Shown here one piece after another: positions 61,354 through 64,000 of a DNA stretch of 64,000 nucleotides. The translations under genes were made by a program, and so were the position numbers. Position 1 is the stretch's first letter, and each line of letters begins with the position of its first letter. Where the stretch lies: contig CAXHZO010000001.1 in NCBI GenBank assembly GCA_964022095.1, positions 160,001 through 224,000 of the forward strand, in the 5' to 3' direction. The DNA comes from an uncultured Arcobacteraceae bacterium (GTDB lineage Bacteria > Campylobacterota > Campylobacteria > Campylobacterales > Arcobacteraceae). The notes under the pieces were generated by a model. It worked only from the letters and a program-made list of their open reading frames with translations, searched no databases and was not told the origin of the DNA.

Positions 61354-62124
61354 CTAATTTAATAACTTAATTAATCTTTCGTGAATATAGGTATTTGTTG
61401 CAACTATATATTTGTCTTCAAAAAGCTTATAATCACTTCCATCTAAAGTCGTAACTTTACCACCTGCTTCACTTAAAATTATAATACCAGCACTCACATC
61501 CCAAGCTTTTAAGTTCATTTCATAATAACCTTCATATGTCCCTCGTGCTACTAAACATAAATCAATTGCTGCACTTCCAAGTCTTCTAATATCTTGGCAC
61601 TTTGGTAAGATTATTTTGATTTTTTCGATTACATCATTTAAATCATCTTTATTTGTTCCATTTGAATATGGAAATCCTGTAGCCATAAGTGCCTTTTGGA
61701 AATCACTTTCATTAGATACTTTTATTTGTTTTCCATTTAAATATGCACCTTGACCTATTTGAGCTTCATACATTTCATCTAAAATAGGATTATAAACTAT
61801 TCCTATAAATGGTTTTTTATCTTTATAAACTCCAACAGAAATAGCTGTATGAGGAACACCATTTACAAAATTTGTTGTTCCATCAATTGGATCAATTATA
61901 ATTGAGTCTTTAAATTCACAATTTGAATTATCTGATTCTTCAGCAATTAAATTAAAATCTTTAAACTCTTTTGCAAACTTCTCTTTTAAAAAGTCCTCAA
62001 CTGCTACATCATATTTAGTTACTAAATCTTTTTTAGCTTTAAAAGTTACATCCTTATTTGAGTAATAACCTTCATATAATATTTTTCCCGCTTCTTTTAT
62101 AATTTCTTTTAGTTTTTCTTTCAT
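61354..62124 (-). CDS. suhB: Inositol monophosphatase family protein
   Basis: IDPIDGTTNF, RRLGSAA and WDVSAG motifs; probable ATG at 62124. Confidence 0.88.
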   Translation of the reverse strand: MKEKLKEIIKEAGKILYEGYYSNKDVTFKAKKDLVTKYDVAVEDFLKEKFAKEFKDFNLIAEESDNSNCEFKDSIIIDPIDGTTNFVNGVPHTAISVGVYKDKKPFIGIVYNPILDEMYEAQIGQGAYLNGKQIKVSNESDFQKALMATGFPYSNGTNKDDLNDVIEKIKIILPKCQDIRRLGSAAIDLCLVARGTYEGYYEMNLKAWDVSAGIIILSEAGGKVTTLDGSDYKLFEDKYIVATNTYIHERLIKLLN

Positions 62125-62165
62125 ATTCACACTTTTTGTTTTTTTGTATTCTATCAAATGATGAT

Positions 62166-62478
62166 TACACTTTAGTTAAAAATGAAATTCAATATACTTC
62201 TAATAACAGTCAAATAATAGTAAAAAGTAATAAAAACACTAGTTTTTATGAAATTTCAGTACAAGATTTTGGAATTGGCATAGAAAAAAACCATCAAAAA
62301 AAGATTTTTGAAAAATTTTATAGAACAGATAAAAGTAGAAACAAAAATTCAGGTGGGTACAGGTCTTGGAATGTCCATCGTTAAGAAGATTGTAGATATT
62401 CACAAGGGTAAAATTAATATAGATAGCCAAGAGGATATTGGTACTAAAATCACATTGTCTTTTCCTCTACAGAAATAA
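62166..62478 (+). pseudogene. Truncated, frameshifted HATPase_c remnant of a sensor histidine kinase
   Basis: LVKNEIQYT...VQDFGIGI...IFEKFYR..KSR..SGG; removing one G near 62357 continues TGLGMSIVKKIVDIHKG...FPLQK*. No H-box or sensor domain. Confidence 0.8.
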
Positions 62479-62664
62479 TTTTTATACAGTTTCAGTTTCT
62501 TTTAATTTAAAATGATGTTATAATTACATTATCCAAACAATACGGAGGTGTAAATGACGAAGGATTCACATTTTTAGCATTGTTCAACACTAATAGAATA
62601 TTCAATTTGCTTACGAGTAAATTATATAGATAAGTGGAATTATTTATAAAAATAATTTTAAACA

Positions 62665-62699
62665 GGAGAAGATTTGACGGAATCTTTTCCTTTTTTTTT
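62665..62699 (+). terminator. Intrinsic terminator of a short orphan transcript
   Basis: GGAGAAGATT-TGACGG-AATCTTTTCC followed by T9. Confidence 0.75.
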
Positions 62700-62782
62700 G
62701 CCTAATTTTTTCTAAGATTTAAATTTCACTTTTTTTCCAAGCTACTATCTTATACTTCTATTATCTTAAAAAAAGGATAAGA

Positions 62783-62920
62783 ATGAAAAGATTTATTGCA
62801 ATTTTAGTATTAACATTAGAATTAGCATCAAGTGCATTTGGTCATCATATGTCTGTGTATGATGATGCTGGAATCAATATTCCAGACTTATCTACACATT
62901 TATTGATAGAATTCTTTTAA
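62783..62920 (+). CDS. 45-aa putative secreted peptide (not in ORF track)
   Basis: AAGGA RBS; MKRFIAILVLTLELASSAFG-HHMSVYDDAGINIPDLSTHLLIEFF; followed by a terminator. Confidence 0.6.
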   Translation: MKRFIAILVLTLELASSAFGHHMSVYDDAGINIPDLSTHLLIEFF

Positions 62921-62931
62921 TAGTAGATAAT

Positions 62932-62967
62932 AAAAAAGGGGAAGTTATTATAACTTCCCCTTTTTTT
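62932..62967. terminator. Bidirectional terminator after groEL and the small ORF
   Basis: AAAAAAGGGGAAGTTA-TTA-TAACTTCCCCTTTTTTT. Confidence 0.85.
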
Positions 62968-62994
62968 AATAATTGTATTAATGTAATTATAAAA

Positions 62995-64000
62995 TTACAT
63001 TCCCATTCCAGGCATACCGCCCATTCCACCCATATCAGGCATAGCTGGAGCAGTTGGAGCATCCGCTTTAATATCTGTAACAGTTGCTTCAGTTGTTAAT
63101 AATAATGATGCAACAGATACTGCGTTTTGCATAGCTACTCTTTCAACTTTAGCAGGATCAACAATACCAGCTTCAAACATATCTACATACTCACCAGTAG
63201 CAGCATTAAATCCAAAGTTTTCATTATTAGCTTTTTCAACTTCATTTACTACAACACCAGCATCAAAACCAGCATTAATAGCGATTTGTTTCATTGGCGC
63301 TTTAATAGCTCTTAATACAATAGCTGCACCAATAGCTTCATCACCATCTAAATCTAAGTTTACTTTAGAAGCAGCTCTAATTAATGCAGCTCCTCCACCA
63401 ATAACAATACCTTCTTCAACAGCAGCTCTAGTTGCACTTAATGCATCATCAACTCTGTCTTTTTTCTCTTTCATTTCAGTCTCAGTTGCAGCACCAACTT
63501 TAATAACCGCAACACCACCAGAAAGCTTTGCTAATCTTTCTTGTAATTTTTCTTTATCATACTCAGAAGTTGTATTACTCATCTCAGCTCTGATTTGATT
63601 TACTCTTCCAGCAACTGCTTCAGCACTTCCATTTCCATCAACGATAGTTGTATTATCTTTATCAATAACAACTTTTGAAGCACTACCTAAAACATCAATA
63701 CTACAAGTATCAAGTTTCATACCTAATTCTTCAGATACAACAGTACCATTTGTTAACACAGCAATATCTTCTAACATTGCTTTTCTTCTGTCACCAAATC
63801 CTGGAGCTTTAACAGCAGCAATATTTAAAGAACCTCTTAATCTGTTTACAACTAAAGTAGCTAATGCTTCACCATCAACATCTTCAGCAATAATTAAAAG
63901 TGGTCTTCCTGATTGGTTAACTGACTCTAAAATTGGTAACATATCTTTTAAGTTTGAGATTTTTTTGTCATATAATAAAATATATGGATTATCCATCTCA
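62995..64000 (-). CDS. groEL: Chaperonin GroEL (5' part lies outside the window)
   Basis: [26 protein letters not shown] and GGM-repeat tail. Confidence 0.98.
   Translation of the reverse strand, partial: EMDNPYILLYDKKISNLKDMLPILESVNQSGRPLLIIAEDVDGEALATLVVNRLRGSLNIAAVKAPGFGDRRKAMLEDIAVLTNGTVVSEELGMKLDTCSIDVLGSASKVVIDKDNTTIVDGNGSAEAVAGRVNQIRAEMSNTTSEYDKEKLQERLAKLSGGVAVIKVGAATETEMKEKKDRVDDALSATRAAVEEGIVIGGGAALIRAASKVNLDLDGDEAIGAAIVLRAIKAPMKQIAINAGFDAGVVVNEVEKANNENFGFNAATGEYVDMFEAGIVDPAKVERVAMQNAVSVASLLLTTEATVTDIKADAPTAPAMPDMGGMGGMPGMGM

Noticed and set aside
608-63315. Short ORF-track entries antisense to or nested in long genes (e.g. 608..793, 28249..28644, 40745..41149, 52932..53291, 63127..63315)
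   Set aside because: They are shadow ORFs of well-supported genes, with no recognisable motifs.

Overview
An AT-rich chromosomal window from a Campylobacterota bacterium, most likely Arcobacteraceae (inferred from epsilon-type MQO, MetK and FtsH, MutS7 and gene order). No prophage, IS element, CRISPR array or rRNA was seen. Contents in order: the 3' part of mqo, cinA and an exactly duplicated tRNA Lys-Glu-Val-Asp block; a ~16.5 kb acetate/monocarboxylate locus (sCache sensor kinase, OmpR-type regulator, three sodium:solute symporters with small subunits, two cNMP-CBS-nucleotidyltransferase/DEDDh exonuclease pairs, pta-ackA); housekeeping genes (sppA, aroQ, folK, two mnmA, prs, two OmpA/CadF-like proteins, lepA, hisH, hisA); a DUF1538-PII/thioredoxin/haem-binding/MutS7 operon; leuA; a five-gene c-di-GMP signalling operon; ftsH, prmA, dus, dksA, rlmH, thiE, accD, metK, glmS, suhB; a decayed sensor-kinase remnant; and the 3' part of groEL. 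The most notable elements missing from the ORF track are: (1) six TGGAAAACAA repeats with symmetric spacing (13-15-25-15-13) around a small hairpin in the metK leader, carrying several start codons; (2) a Leu-rich leader peptide upstream of leuA; (3) a TGCTAY-N5-TGCTAY operator repeated across the acetate locus; (4) a 45-aa secreted peptide predicted to start His-His. The nucleotidyltransferase/exonuclease pairs beside the transporters are a candidate writer/eraser system.
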